Below are positions 1-10,107 of a stretch of DNA of 64,000 bases, in pieces. Every line of letters begins with the position of its first letter. Position 1 is the stretch's first letter. The notes below the pieces were generated by a model, which was not told the DNA's origin, searched no databases, and saw only the letters and a program-made list of their open reading frames with translations. The stretch lies in the NCBI GenBank assembly GCA_044868145.1, contig JBIOWE010000004.1, positions 203,197 to 267,196 of the forward strand. The letters run 5' to 3'. Source of the DNA: Patescibacteria group bacterium (GTDB lineage Bacteria; Patescibacteriota; Patescibacteriia; UBA10025; JBIOWE01). A program made the translations under genes and the position numbers.

Positions 1-494
1 GCCTGCCACTTCTTTTGCAATTACCAATTTTGATCGCGCTTTATCAGGTATTCCTTGCTATAGCAAAAACTGACCCTGGAACACACATCTTGATTGATCA
101 GCAATTGCAGCATTTGTATGAACCGCTTCGAGCCCTCTATGTCAGTACGCCGATTCAACCGACTTTTTTTGGCATAATTGATTTGTCCGTAGGTAAAAAT
201 ATCATTCTCGCGTTGCTGACCGCGGGACTTCAATTTTGGCAGTCGCGTATGTTGATGGCACGCACGCCGCAAGTGAAAGATAAAGGCGCGCGCGACGAAA
301 GCATCGCCGCAGGCGTTAGCAAGCAAATGACGTACCTTTTTCCACTGCTCACGGGTTATATCACCTACCAATTTCCTGCCGGACTTGGCTTATACTGGGT
401 CGTGTCAACCGTCTTGACGATTGGGCAGCAGTACTTGGTGTTTCGTCAGATGAAGAAGCCAACGGATACAAAAACGCCCATTGCTCTATCGTAG
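1..494 (+). CDS. yidC: Membrane protein insertase YidC, C-terminal part (5' end lies outside the window)
   Basis: The ORF translation matches the conserved YidC/Oxa1 C-terminal core (LPILIALYQVF, IDLS, FPAGLGLYWVVS). It is open at the window start. Confidence 0.85.
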   Translation, partial: LPLLLQLPILIALYQVFLAIAKTDPGTHILIDQQLQHLYEPLRALYVSTPIQPTFFGIIDLSVGKNIILALLTAGLQFWQSRMLMARTPQVKDKGARDESIAAGVSKQMTYLFPLLTGYITYQFPAGLGLYWVVSTVLTIGQQYLVFRQMKKPTDTKTPIALS

Positions 495-497
495 TCT

Positions 498-788
498 ATG
501 ACCATAGGACGAAAAGATTTGAGTAAGTTGCCAGTTCAAACGCAAAGCGGGCAGAAACTTGGTCACGTCGTTGACTACGACATTGACGAAGGAACGCATC
601 GCATACTTCGTTACCACATCAAGAGCTCCAAGTTGCTCCAAGAATTATTTTCGGGTGAGTTGATTGTTCCAGTCGAGCGTGTGGTGTCTCTTACGCGTGA
701 CCGCATGATCATCGAGGACGCCGTAGTGAAGGAACAAACCGAGCAGAAGTCCGTGAAAGAAGGCGCGGCAATCCCATTCGCGGATTAA
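498..788 (+). CDS. Small PRC-barrel-like protein (YlmC/YmxH-like), hypothetical
   Basis: 96-aa ORF directly downstream of yidC. Its G-x-K-L-G-x-V-x-D and G-x-I pattern resembles a PRC barrel. The functional call is weak. Confidence 0.4.
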   Translation: MTIGRKDLSKLPVQTQSGQKLGHVVDYDIDEGTHRILRYHIKSSKLLQELFSGELIVPVERVVSLTRDRMIIEDAVVKEQTEQKSVKEGAAIPFAD

Positions 789-1219
789 CGCCGCGAAACA
801 AGAATCGTTCTCACGTCGTCGCGACGACTGCGCATAGTGACGTTGATGAACTGCCGCGGAGAAATAGCGGGTCGAATATTCCTTCCCCATTCAATTACAA
901 CAACGCAATCTCTTTTTCCGACAACGTCGCGAAGCCCCAACCGTATGCTCTGCGATGGTTTTTGCAGTCGGTAGACGTCTACATGGATAAAAAAACGCAC
1001 ACCGCCCTTTCGTGTGGGGTAGACTTTCACGTAGGTAAACGTCGGGCTTTTTATAGTTTTACGCACATTGAGCCCTCGACCTAACCCGCGGGCAAAGACC
1101 GTTTTGCCCACCCCCAGGTTACCATTGAGAATAATCGTTTCGCCACCGCGAAGCTTCTTGGCTAACGTGAGAGCAATTTTCATTGTCTCTGCCGGGTTTT
1201 TCGAGAGGTATTGTTCCAT
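785..1219 (-). CDS. tsaE: tRNA threonylcarbamoyladenosine biosynthesis ATPase TsaE (YjeE)
   Basis: P-loop GNLGVGKT, size about 144 aa, and typical TsaE motifs (TFTYVKVY, HVDVYRL). Confidence 0.8.
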   Translation of the reverse strand: MEQYLSKNPAETMKIALTLAKKLRGGETIILNGNLGVGKTVFARGLGRGLNVRKTIKSPTFTYVKVYPTRKGGVRFFIHVDVYRLQKPSQSIRLGLRDVVGKRDCVVVIEWGRNIRPAISPRQFINVTMRSRRDDVRTILVSRR

Positions 1220-1333
1220 AGTGCAACCTATACACTATAGCAAATATTGACCCCACACCAATTTTGCCGCTGGCTTTCTGGAAATGGATGAGAGGGTATT
1301 ACTGACTCTTTTACGGGCAAAGTTGATGCGGTG

Positions 1334-1362
1334 TTGACACAAAAACGCCGCCTCGTTATACT
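1334..1362 (+). promoter_or_regulatory. Sigma-70-like promoter upstream of the DHH phosphoesterase gene (TTGACA-17-TATACT)
   Basis: The sequence is TTGACAcaaaaacgccgcctcgtTATACT, about 40 nt upstream of the ATG at 1404. Confidence 0.5.
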
Positions 1363-1403
1363 AGTGAACTTATATTTGGCCATAGGTAGCAAGCTTTCTT
1401 ATT

Positions 1404-2546
1404 ATGGAAGATGAACAAACAAAAAAAGCCATCACGGAATTAATCGGAAAAAGCCGCAATGTTTTGATTGCATTGCCCCAAAACCCCTCGACAGACGCGG
1501 TTGCGTCCGGCCTTGGGCTGTATGCGGCACTCCAGAAAATCGGAAAAAAAGTCCGCGTTGTTTGTGCGGAGTTTTCTTTACCGCCTCACCATCAATTTCT
1601 TCCAAAGAGTAAAGAGATCGTATCCGATTTAACGGCATTGCGCAAATTTGTCATTACGCTCGATACGAACCGCACAAAGGTTGAAGAATTGAGCTATGAT
1701 ATGCATGAAGATAAGTTACATATTTATATCAAGCCGAAAGCTGGGTTCTTTGATCAGCGCGACGTTTCGACGTCGGCGACAGACTACGAATACGACCTCG
1801 TTTACGTTCTGGATGCGCAAACGCTCGAGTCGCTCGGCAAACTGTTTGACGAAAACGCGGAATTCTTTTACCAAACACCAATCATCAACGTAGACCATAA
1901 GCCGACCAATACCTACTTTGGGCAAATTAACATTATTGATCTGGTCGCAACCTCTACTTCTGAAATTCTTTTTGAGCATATTCGAGGTCTTGGACAAAAT
2001 GTTCTCGATGAATATATTGCGACGAATTTGCTTGCCGGCATCATATCCAAAACGAAGAGTTTCCAGAGCATGACGGTAACCCCGCGCTCGCTTGCCATAG
2101 CGAGCCACCTAATAGAGCAAGGCGCGCGTCGCGATGAAATAATCCGCAACCTTTATCAAACGAAGTCTATCGCCGCGCTCAAATTGTGGGGACGTGCGCT
2201 CGCGCGTCTGCGAACCGATCTTGATGGTCGACTCGTGTGGACCGAAGTCACGCGACAGGATTTTGAAATATCCGGCGCCGCAGAGCGCGACCTTGAAGGC
2301 GTAATCGATGAACTGATCATCAACACACCAGCCGCAGAGGTCATTGCCTTGTTCTCGGAGCGAGCGGGAGGCGAGGTTGGAGTCCTCGTAACAACCGTAC
2401 AAAAGGTTGACGCCCTACACCTTTTCCGCGATTATAAACCAACAGGAACAAAAAACTTTGCCAGAATGACGCTGCGTGGCACGACCATGCAGCAAGCACA
2501 GGATGCAATCATCCAGCGCGTTCGGGAATATTATCAAGCACATTAA
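1404..2546 (+). CDS. DHH-family phosphoesterase (NrnA-like oligoribonuclease/pAp phosphatase)
   Basis: DHH motif (NVDHKPTN) and DHHA1-like C-terminus. 380 aa. Confidence 0.75.
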   Translation: MEDEQTKKAITELIGKSRNVLIALPQNPSTDAVASGLGLYAALQKIGKKVRVVCAEFSLPPHHQFLPKSKEIVSDLTALRKFVITLDTNRTKVEELSYDMHEDKLHIYIKPKAGFFDQRDVSTSATDYEYDLVYVLDAQTLESLGKLFDENAEFFYQTPIINVDHKPTNTYFGQINIIDLVATSTSEILFEHIRGLGQNVLDEYIATNLLAGIISKTKSFQSMTVTPRSLAIASHLIEQGARRDEIIRNLYQTKSIAALKLWGRALARLRTDLDGRLVWTEVTRQDFEISGAAERDLEGVIDELIINTPAAEVIALFSERAGGEVGVLVTTVQKVDALHLFRDYKPTGTKNFARMTLRGTTMQQAQDAIIQRVREYYQAH

Positions 2547-2559
2547 ACCAGGAGGAAGC

Positions 2560-2775
2560 GTGGTAACAAAAGAAAGAACGCTCGCGTTGATGCAAAAAGC
2601 CGGCGCGAACGGATTGCACTACACGGACCAAGGTTGCCGTTACGCCGTCCTTGGTATTATGAGCATTCCAGATGTTTTGGAAGGAGATCAATTATTCCTT
2701 GTGGAACAATTAGGTAAGGCCGAGACACAGTACATACCTCTTGCATCGGCTTGCGAGGATCAGTTTTCCGCATAA
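2560..2775 (+). CDS. Small hypothetical protein (about 72 aa, GTG start after AGGAGG)
   Basis: ccaggaggaagcGTG sits at 2548-2562 with a good SD. The ORF continues to the stop at 2775 and overlaps the end of the upstream gene in a different frame. Confidence 0.35.
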   Translation: MVTKERTLALMQKAGANGLHYTDQGCRYAVLGIMSIPDVLEGDQLFLVEQLGKAETQYIPLASACEDQFSA

Positions 2776-2856
2776 TGTGTCAGGCGCTGCGCAATAATCA
2801 CGCGTAGCGCTTTTTCTATACGTGTTAAGGTTCATTTGATATACTGCATGCAGAAT

Positions 2857-4599
2857 ATGGCCAAAAACGAGGACACAATCCATCCAACAACCGATCAGGG
2901 AATTGCCGATCTCATGGGTGAAAACCACGCAAGCAAGCCAGCGGTTGCGTCCGAAGAGCAACAGCAGAAATTCAAAGAAAAGATGCAAGATATCGAGATT
3001 CGCGAAAAAGAGCGAATTGCGCGAGATCGTGCAAACGAACTTGGTATCGGTTATATCGATCTGAAAGGGTTTCCCATAGCGCCGGAAACTCTTTCCTTGA
3101 TTTCGGAAGAGCAAGCTCGAAAGTGTAGAACGGTAGCGTTTTTGCACAGTGGCAATGAGCTCCGGCTCGGCACCATAGATCCGGAAAACCCGGACGTTGT
3201 TGCGTTACTGCATGAACTGGTTGAGCGTGAGCATGTGAATGGCGCGCTGTATTATATTTCCGAACACAGTTTAGAGCATGCGCTGAAAAATTATGCACGT
3301 TTGCCAAAACATATGCAGCAGATCGGCGGTGTTGCAATAAGCGCCGCTGACTTGCAGAAGCACCAGGCGAAGATCGGTAACTTTCGCGACATAGCCGATA
3401 GCGTGTCACGTGTCTCTTTATCGGACGTGATGACCGTCATCATCGCCGGCGCGGTACAATCACGAGCGTCCGACATTCACATCGAGGCCGAGCAAGACGA
3501 CGTGAAGGTTCGCTACCGCATTGACGGCGTTCTCCATGACGTCGCTAGCATGCCGCATGACCAGTGGCCTAAAATTATTAGCCGGATAAAATTACTCGCC
3601 CATTTGAAAATTAATATATCGGACGTGCCTCAAGATGGTCGCTTCACCATTACGTTACCTAAGGAAGAAATCGACGTCCGCGTTTCATCGGTGCCAACTG
3701 CGTATGGCGAAAGCGTTGTGATGCGGTTACTCATGTCGTCGTCCGCACGCTTAACATATGATGATCTTGGCATACAGGGCGAAGCGCATCTTCTTCTCGA
3801 GCGCGAGTTAAAACGTCCGAACGGAATGATCCTTGCAACGGGGCCAACCGGATGCGGAAAAACGACAACGCTCTACGCGCTACTCAATAAACTCAACAGC
3901 CCGGAAACAAAAATCATAACTCTGGAAAACCCCGTCGAATACAAAATTAAAGGAATCAATCAAAGTCAGGTGGACACAAGTCGCGGCTATAATTTTGCAA
4001 AAGGACTACGTTCCATACTTCGTCAGGATCCGGACGTCGTGATGGTCGGCGAAGTGCGCGATCCGGAAACAGCCGAAATCGCGATCCAGGCAGCGCTCAC
4101 CGGACACCTACTGCTTTCGACCATGCATACCAACAGCGCGGCAGGAACAATCCCTCGCCTGCTCTCGATGCAAGTCAAACCCTTTCTGCTCGCACCCGCA
4201 CTCAATGTTATTATCGGCCAGCGGCTTGTCAGAAAGATATGCGAGCACTGTAAGGTTGAGAAAAAAATAGATAAAGAACAGTCATCCCGCGTGCAAGAGG
4301 TTATTGCATCGATGCCGGAACACGCAAAAAAAGAGGCCGAATCTAAACCATTAAAGTTTTACGAAGGGAAAGGCTGTCGAATATGCAGTGAAATCGGATA
4401 CCGAGGCAGAATCGGCGTTTTTGAAGTATTTGTGGTTGACGAAGACGTGGAAAAAATGATTCTCGCAGGACAAATATCCGAGCATGAACTGCAGGGCCTT
4501 GCTGTCAAAAAAGGGATGTTGACGATGGTCCAAGACGGCATCCTGAAAGCGATTGCCGGCGTAACGACCGTCCAGGAAGTGTTTAAAGTAACCGAATAG
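2857..4599 (+). CDS. pilB: Type IV pilus assembly / type II secretion ATPase PilB/GspE
   Basis: T2SSE_N-like N-terminal domain, Walker A GPTGCGKTTT, Asp/His boxes, and a C-terminal tetracysteine (CEHC...CRIC). The ORF track starts at 2836; 2857 (MAKNED) is the more likely start. Confidence 0.9.
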   Translation: MAKNEDTIHPTTDQGIADLMGENHASKPAVASEEQQQKFKEKMQDIEIREKERIARDRANELGIGYIDLKGFPIAPETLSLISEEQARKCRTVAFLHSGNELRLGTIDPENPDVVALLHELVEREHVNGALYYISEHSLEHALKNYARLPKHMQQIGGVAISAADLQKHQAKIGNFRDIADSVSRVSLSDVMTVIIAGAVQSRASDIHIEAEQDDVKVRYRIDGVLHDVASMPHDQWPKIISRIKLLAHLKINISDVPQDGRFTITLPKEEIDVRVSSVPTAYGESVVMRLLMSSSARLTYDDLGIQGEAHLLLERELKRPNGMILATGPTGCGKTTTLYALLNKLNSPETKIITLENPVEYKIKGINQSQVDTSRGYNFAKGLRSILRQDPDVVMVGEVRDPETAEIAIQAALTGHLLLSTMHTNSAAGTIPRLLSMQVKPFLLAPALNVIIGQRLVRKICEHCKVEKKIDKEQSSRVQEVIASMPEHAKKEAESKPLKFYEGKGCRICSEIGYRGRIGVFEVFVVDEDVEKMILAGQISEHELQGLAVKKGMLTMVQDGILKAIAGVTTVQEVFKVTE

Positions 4600-4627
4600 A
4601 CCTCACGGATAAAAGACCGCGTGCAAA

Positions 4628-5215
4628 TCAAGCGGCCTTTTGTTTTCCCTCTTGAAGCTTTTCGTAATGTATTTTATAGAGCTGCTCTTCCCCCACCTCG
4701 CCGGGTTGATCGCCGTGAACACGCAGCAGGAGCAGCCGAGCGTCTTTAGGGGAAATGTCGCCGCTGAGAATGAAATTCCCTTCTTGATATTCGAGCGCGC
4801 CTTCAGGTACGTCTTCGGCTGTCATTTTTGACTTCGCCGGCGTAACGCGCATGCGGCCTTCGCCCGGAAAAAAACCCAGCGCCGTGTTGGCAGGGAAGTC
4901 AGACTGTTCTTCGTAATAGGAAATAGCACGATCCGGATCAATCGTTGCGTTCGGCCACTCTGATTCCAGCCGGATGGGTGATGAATCGCCTATCAAGTTC
5001 TCAATGGATTCGCCGGCCATACCCCGCCACATCATTTTTTTCTGCTTCATTCGCTCCGCCTCTTCGCCGGTGAGACGTTCGAGCACGTCGCCATATTTTT
5101 GTTCAAACTCCTTCACCCAACGATCATACTCTTCTCGTGAGAGAGTAATGTGCTCCGGCCGCGGCACCTCATATTGTTTATGCGCGGGCATATTATTGAT
5201 TGGTAATGATCGCAT
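4628..5215 (-). CDS. Hypothetical acidic protein (195 aa) downstream of valS
   Basis: Long ORF co-oriented with valS and overlapping it by 23 nt. No recognisable motif. Confidence 0.5.
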   Translation of the reverse strand: MRSLPINNMPAHKQYEVPRPEHITLSREEYDRWVKEFEQKYGDVLERLTGEEAERMKQKKMMWRGMAGESIENLIGDSSPIRLESEWPNATIDPDRAISYYEEQSDFPANTALGFFPGEGRMRVTPAKSKMTAEDVPEGALEYQEGNFILSGDISPKDARLLLLRVHGDQPGEVGEEQLYKIHYEKLQEGKQKAA

Positions 5216-7586
5216 ACTGCAATTCCTCCAAGGAACCGTCCGGCTTCAGATCAGTATTGTTGACTATCTGAAGGCCCTGGAGGCGCGCCATAGTCTTTAT
5301 CCACGAACCGTTTTGTTGCACTAATCCAGCGTTTTTGCCCCAAACGGTAAGTGACACACTCGTCTCTTTACTAAGGTTACGTTCTTTGCGGTCGTTGCGC
5401 ACGCGAACAATCAATGCCTGCAAGATCGCCATTTGTTCCTCTGATTTTTCATCAAGTAGTTTTTTTTCGGACTTTGGCCAGGGTTGAATTAAGAGCAGTG
5501 TACTATCCTGTACGTTCCCCAGCCGCGACCAAAGCTCCTCCGTGACGTACGGAGCAAATGGATGCAGGAGCGTCAGAACGGTTTTGAGCGCATGGAGCGC
5601 CAGCCCAAAGTTCTGTTCAGACTTCGAAATCTCAACGTACCAGTCAGCAAATTCGTGCCAGAGAAATTCATAGATGCGCGTGCCCGCTTCCGAGAAGCGA
5701 AAACGCTCAAGATCTTCAGTCAATTCTCGAACTACAGTTTGCAGCCGGCTCATGATCCACTTGTCGGCAAGCGTATGAACTGACGGCGCTCTTTCCGCCC
5801 GTCCTTGGTCTTTGCTTACTACGAAACGGGCGACGTTCCAGAGTTTATTAATGAAATTGCGGTAGCCCGCGATTTTTTCTTCGAAGAGTCGAAAGTCCTG
5901 ACCCGGTTTTGTACCGAGCACGAGAGAGAGGCGTATCGCGTCCGTTCCGTATTTTTCCGTCATAGGGATCGGGTCAATGCCCGTGCCTTTGGATTTCGAC
6001 ATCTTTTTTCCGTCCTTGTCGAGAACGAGGCCGTGGAGATACACGGTACGGAACGGTACCTCTTTAAGAAGATATAAACTCATCATGATCATGCGGCTCA
6101 CCCAGAAAAAGAGAATGTCCCACCCTGTTTCCATAACCGACGTCGGGTGGAATATTTTCAGGTCCTTGGTTTTTTCCGGCCAGCCGAGCGTGGAAAATGT
6201 CCAGAGCCCGGACGAAAACCACGTATCTAGGGTGTCCTCGTCTTGGATAAATTCATGGGTCTTGCAGCGTGGGCATTGAGTCGGTTTTTCCGCAGAGGCA
6301 ATTGGTTTACAATTGTGCAGCGGTTTTTTGCAATACCAAATTGGAATTTGGTGGCCCCACCACAGTTGGCGCGAGATGCACCAGTCGCGAATATTCTCCA
6401 TCCAGTGAAAGTATACTTTTTCGAATCGCTCTGGGATGATGCGTATTTTCTTTTTTCTGACCGCCTTGATCGCGCGTTCGGCAAGTGGCTTCATTTTCAC
6501 GAACCATTGCAAGGAGACAAGCGGTTCAACCACCGCACCGCACCGATCGCATCGTTCGACATTATGAACATATGGCTGTTCTTTTTCAACAAATTCCCCC
6601 TCCTTCAGCTGGCGGAGTATGTTTTCTCTGCAGGCCTTTATGCTTTGGCCGAAGAATTCGCCTGCTTCTTTGGTCATTTTGCCGTCAAAGCCAATGACCG
6701 ACGTGATCGGTAATTTGTGCCTTACGCCAATTTCATAGTCGAGCGGGTCGTGGCCAGGTGTTACTTTTACTGCGCCAGTCCCAAAGTTCATATCCACCTG
6801 TTCGTCGGCAATAATGGGTATTTCTTTTTCCTTGATAGGCAAGAGAACTTTCTGGCCGACAAGATGGCTGTAGCGCTTGTCATGCGGGTTGACCGCAACC
6901 GCCTCATCGCCGAGCATAGTTTCCGGACGCGTTGTCGCAACGGTAAGATATTTCGTTGTGCCAAAGAGCGGGTAGCGAAGGAAGTACATCTTACCTTGTT
7001 CTTCTTGGTGCTTTACTTCCAAATCAGAAAGCGCCGTACGGTCATGCGGACACCAGTGGATGATCCGATTGCCGCGATAAATTAATCCATCGTTGTAGAG
7101 TTTGATAAATGCGGTCTGCACGGCCTTCGTTAATTTCGGATCCATGGTGAAATGTTCACGCGACCAGTCGCACGATGCGCCAAGTTGGCGGATTTGTTTT
7201 GTAATATGGGATCCGTATTGCTCCTTCCATTCCCAGACTTTTTCCAGGAATTGTTGCCTCCCAAGTTTGTGACGATTCATTCCCTCTTTTGCGATCATCT
7301 TCTCTACCATGATTTGTGTCGAGATCCCAGCATGGTCCGTGCCCGGCAGAAATAGTGTTTTATCGCCCGTCATCCTATGCCATCGCGTCATAATGTCTTC
7401 AATGGTCAAACCCGTGGCGTGCCCCAGATGCAAATCGCCAGTCACGTTTGGTGGCGGCATGCTTATGGAAAAGGACTTTTTCCGTTTGCCAGGTAGTTTA
7501 TCAGGATTAAAAAAACCGGACGATTCCCAGCGTTCGTAAATATTCTGCTCCACTGCCTTTGGATTGTAGGCTTTTTCAAGATCCAT
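5193..7586 (-). CDS. valS: Valine--tRNA ligase
   Basis: HIGH-type motif (PNVTGDLHLGHA), KMSKS motif (KMSKSKGT), and editing domain. 797 aa, a short form lacking the long C-terminal coiled coil. Confidence 0.95.
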   Translation of the reverse strand: MDLEKAYNPKAVEQNIYERWESSGFFNPDKLPGKRKKSFSISMPPPNVTGDLHLGHATGLTIEDIMTRWHRMTGDKTLFLPGTDHAGISTQIMVEKMIAKEGMNRHKLGRQQFLEKVWEWKEQYGSHITKQIRQLGASCDWSREHFTMDPKLTKAVQTAFIKLYNDGLIYRGNRIIHWCPHDRTALSDLEVKHQEEQGKMYFLRYPLFGTTKYLTVATTRPETMLGDEAVAVNPHDKRYSHLVGQKVLLPIKEKEIPIIADEQVDMNFGTGAVKVTPGHDPLDYEIGVRHKLPITSVIGFDGKMTKEAGEFFGQSIKACRENILRQLKEGEFVEKEQPYVHNVERCDRCGAVVEPLVSLQWFVKMKPLAERAIKAVRKKKIRIIPERFEKVYFHWMENIRDWCISRQLWWGHQIPIWYCKKPLHNCKPIASAEKPTQCPRCKTHEFIQDEDTLDTWFSSGLWTFSTLGWPEKTKDLKIFHPTSVMETGWDILFFWVSRMIMMSLYLLKEVPFRTVYLHGLVLDKDGKKMSKSKGTGIDPIPMTEKYGTDAIRLSLVLGTKPGQDFRLFEEKIAGYRNFINKLWNVARFVVSKDQGRAERAPSVHTLADKWIMSRLQTVVRELTEDLERFRFSEAGTRIYEFLWHEFADWYVEISKSEQNFGLALHALKTVLTLLHPFAPYVTEELWSRLGNVQDSTLLLIQPWPKSEKKLLDEKSEEQMAILQALIVRVRNDRKERNLSKETSVSLTVWGKNAGLVQQNGSWIKTMARLQGLQIVNNTDLKPDGSLEELQYAIITNQ

Positions 7587-7679
7587 GCCACTATTGTAAC
7601 ATGTAATCCGTTACCCGTAACCGGTAGTACGAACATTGACACACATTCATGCTACAAGCTACCAGCTACAGGTTACGAG

Positions 7680-8753
7680 TTACCGTCCAATCTCCCAATT
7701 CGGATCCGCGCTTAAGGTTTCGAGTCGTGCGAACCTTTTCGGTTTGTAAGCGAATGAACCGGCCATCGCAATCATTGTTGCGTTGTCCGTGCATAACGGC
7801 AGAGGCGCAACATGGAGCGTGATTGAGCGATTGAGTTTAGACATGTTCGTCTTGAGCGTCGTTCGGAGTAAGTCGTTTGCGGCCACGCCACCAGCAAGCA
7901 GCACGGAGCGCACTTTTTCTCGTTGCGCAGCGCGAAGGGTCTTGGCGACGAGGACGTCAACCACGGCTTGTTGAAACGACGCACAGAGGTCAGCCAGAAA
8001 ACGCTTATTGCTTATGGCGTATTGTTTATTGTTTTGTAAAAAGTAGAGTACCGATGTTTTGAGCCCAGCGAAGCTGAACTCGAGATTCGGCTTGTCAATC
8101 ATTGGCCGGGGAAAACGCAATGCGGTCGAGTTGCCGTGCTTTGCGAGTTTTTGTATTATTGGTCCGCCGGGGTATGGGAGCTTGAGCATCTTGGCAACCT
8201 TATCAAACACTTCGCCAGCGGCGTCGTCGCGCGTGGATCCAAGGAGTTTGTATTTGTTCCACCCGTGCACATGCAAGAGCTCCGTGTGTCCGCCAGACAC
8301 GATTAAAGCCAGCGCCGGAAATTTTGGCAGACTTACGTTGCGAAAGCCAGGACCCTTCACTGGCCATGTCGAGAAAATATGCCCCTCGATATGATTGACA
8401 GCTATCAGGGGTTTGTTCCACCCGAACGCTAGCGCCTTGGCCGTTTCGACGCCCACCACCAGGGCAGTCATAAGTCCCGGGCCGGCAGTAACTGCGATAG
8501 CATCAATGTTGTTGTGCGCCACCTTTGCCTTTTGCATCGCAAAGGCAATCGTAGGTATAATTGTTATCGCGTGCTCGCGGCCGGCAACTTCCGGCACGAC
8601 GCCGCCATGCTTTCGGTGAGTCGGAATCTGTGTTGCGGACAGATGGCTACGCGCAACAAAATGGTCGCCGGTTCGCTCTACAACGCTTACCGCGGTTTCA
8701 TCACACGACGTTTCAATAGCAAGAAGCTTCATTTTATGTTGACTAACAGCCAA
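7680..8753 (-). CDS. tsaD: tRNA N6-adenosine threonylcarbamoyltransferase TsaD (Kae1/YgjD)
   Basis: N-terminus MKLLAIETSCDETAVS and His/ASKHA motifs. The likelier start is the ATG at 8732 (MKLL); the track ORF extends to 8753. Confidence 0.92.
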   Translation of the reverse strand: MAVSQHKMKLLAIETSCDETAVSVVERTGDHFVARSHLSATQIPTHRKHGGVVPEVAGREHAITIIPTIAFAMQKAKVAHNNIDAIAVTAGPGLMTALVVGVETAKALAFGWNKPLIAVNHIEGHIFSTWPVKGPGFRNVSLPKFPALALIVSGGHTELLHVHGWNKYKLLGSTRDDAAGEVFDKVAKMLKLPYPGGPIIQKLAKHGNSTALRFPRPMIDKPNLEFSFAGLKTSVLYFLQNNKQYAISNKRFLADLCASFQQAVVDVLVAKTLRAAQREKVRSVLLAGGVAANDLLRTTLKTNMSKLNRSITLHVAPLPLCTDNATMIAMAGSFAYKPKRFARLETLSADPNWEIGR

Positions 8754-8873
8754 TTTTCAGTTACAATCGCACTGTAAGTTTGAGAGCGTTGAATAATTAT
8801 GAAACGCTCTCATCCCGAGCAAAGCGAGGGATCTCATGGGCTGACCTAACAGACCCCTCACTGCGTTCGGGGT

Positions 8874-8900
8874 GAAACTGTTGAATGATTCAACAGTTTC
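8874..8900. repeat. Perfect 12-bp inverted repeat with 3-nt spacer (GAAACTGTTGAA-tga-TTCAACAGTTTC), in the tsaD upstream region just before tRNA-Glu
   Basis: Read directly from the sequence. Candidate operator or hairpin. Confidence 0.6.
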
Positions 8901-8915
8901 AGTTTAGTCATTTTC

Positions 8916-8993
8916 GCCGCCATCGTCTAGGCCGGTCTAGGACGCCAGGTTTTCATCCTGGTAACCCGGGTTCAAATCCCGGTGGCGGTACCA
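8916..8993 (+). tRNA. tRNA-Glu (anticodon TTC), CCA encoded
   Basis: Manual cloverleaf: acceptor GCCGCCA/TGGCGGT, anticodon stem CCAGG/CCTGG, loop TTTTCAT, T-arm CCGGG-TTCAAAT-CCCGG. Confidence 0.85.
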
Positions 8994-9135
8994 AACATCG
9001 TATCAGCTTTTTGACCCAGCGGGTCATCCTCCGATGGAGGACAATTCCCCGCGCGTCGTCCTAATAGCCTAGTTACAGCAGCTTGAAAAGTCAGGATAGA
9101 CGAAGAGTAGCCACTTATGATAAACTAATTTTCGT

Positions 9136-9411
9136 ATGCCAAGATATCTTGTTGAGGTTCAACACGAAGACACGGTGGGTGAGTGTGATCGAGCGGCGAG
9201 ACTGCTGCTTGAACGAGGATCACATTTTCTGACGAACGCTGATTTCGGCTGTGAGGATGGGGTACACTGTGCGTGGATTATTTTTGAAGCGAAAGATAAA
9301 GATGAGGTACGCAACACGCTGCCGCCGATCTACCGCCCCCAAGCCAAGATTATTGCGTTGAACAAGTTTACACTTGAAGAAGTAGACCGACTCAAAAAGA
9401 AACACACATAG
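9136..9411 (+). CDS. Small hypothetical protein (91 aa)
   Basis: ORF between tRNA-Glu and a degenerate copy of the tRNA-Glu 3' end. No recognisable domain. Confidence 0.4.
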   Translation: MPRYLVEVQHEDTVGECDRAARLLLERGSHFLTNADFGCEDGVHCAWIIFEAKDKDEVRNTLPPIYRPQAKIIALNKFTLEEVDRLKKKHT

Positions 9412-9496
9412 GCCGACTTCAGAAAAGATCTCTACGGGAATGGAGAAACTTTTTGTTGGCCGATATTAGTTGTTTCTGCGGTGTGCCGGGGAACGT

Positions 9497-9569
9497 CCGC
9501 CGACCTGGTCCTAGACAAGACCCAGGATGACTGGTTGGCGCTGTCAGGACCAAATCCAGGTGGCGGTAA
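9497..9569 (+). pseudogene. Degenerate tRNA-Glu-like remnant ending in a 17-nt copy of the tRNA-Glu 3' end
   Basis: AAATCCaGGTGGCGGTA at 9553-9569 matches AAATCCcGGTGGCGGTA at 8974-8990. The upstream part has a D-arm-like GGTC...GACC but cannot fold into a full cloverleaf. Confidence 0.5.
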
Positions 9570-9610
9570 TGAGGAAAAACGTTGGCCGCAAGGGTAAATT
9601 TTAGGACTCT

Positions 9611-9973
9611 ATGTCCAATAAAGTCTTTCTTAACCAGCAGGGATTTATTGAGGTTCACTCCATCGGAGATCAGACCCCCGATGTGGTCACCAGTACGAAG
9701 CAGGAGTTGGCAGTGTTGGCCAAGACACTCAGTGCCAGGGGCAAGACAGTTAACATCCTGACTGATCTTCGAAGGATTGGAAAGCAGACGGGCGCCTCGC
9801 GTGCACTGGCTAAGGATATTATGGATACCATACCGTTCCGCAAAATCGCCATCTTTGGTGCCAACCGATTCCTGAAGTATGTCGTGAACTTCATTATCAC
9901 AGGTTCTGGCCACGGCCACCATGTTCGGTACTTCAATGACCATCAATCTGCCGAGACGTGGTTAAAGACATAA
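9611..9973 (+). CDS. STAS/SpoIIAA-like small protein (paralogue of 11579-12007)
   Basis: 120 aa. The C-terminal half (IFGANRFLKYVVNFI...ETWLK) aligns with the other copy (LCGGSRFIKYLGNYFL...FAWLRE). The STAS-like fold is my assignment. Confidence 0.6.
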   Translation: MSNKVFLNQQGFIEVHSIGDQTPDVVTSTKQELAVLAKTLSARGKTVNILTDLRRIGKQTGASRALAKDIMDTIPFRKIAIFGANRFLKYVVNFIITGSGHGHHVRYFNDHQSAETWLKT

Positions 9974-10107
9974 GTCCTCCCCTGACGTTCTTCTGTAGCC
10001 TGGGCAAGGAGGAATCCCGTTCGTGCTACCAGCCAGTCTTACTTCATTATAGTGGGCACATGAATCCTTTCTGAAACGTTTTTTGTTTTTTAACGGTTTA
10101 ATAATAA

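Noticed and set aside
9419-9946. 175-aa minus-strand ORF
   Set aside because: It overlaps the + strand STAS-like gene (9611-9973), which is supported by a paralogue at 11579-12007. The minus ORF has no motif or SD.
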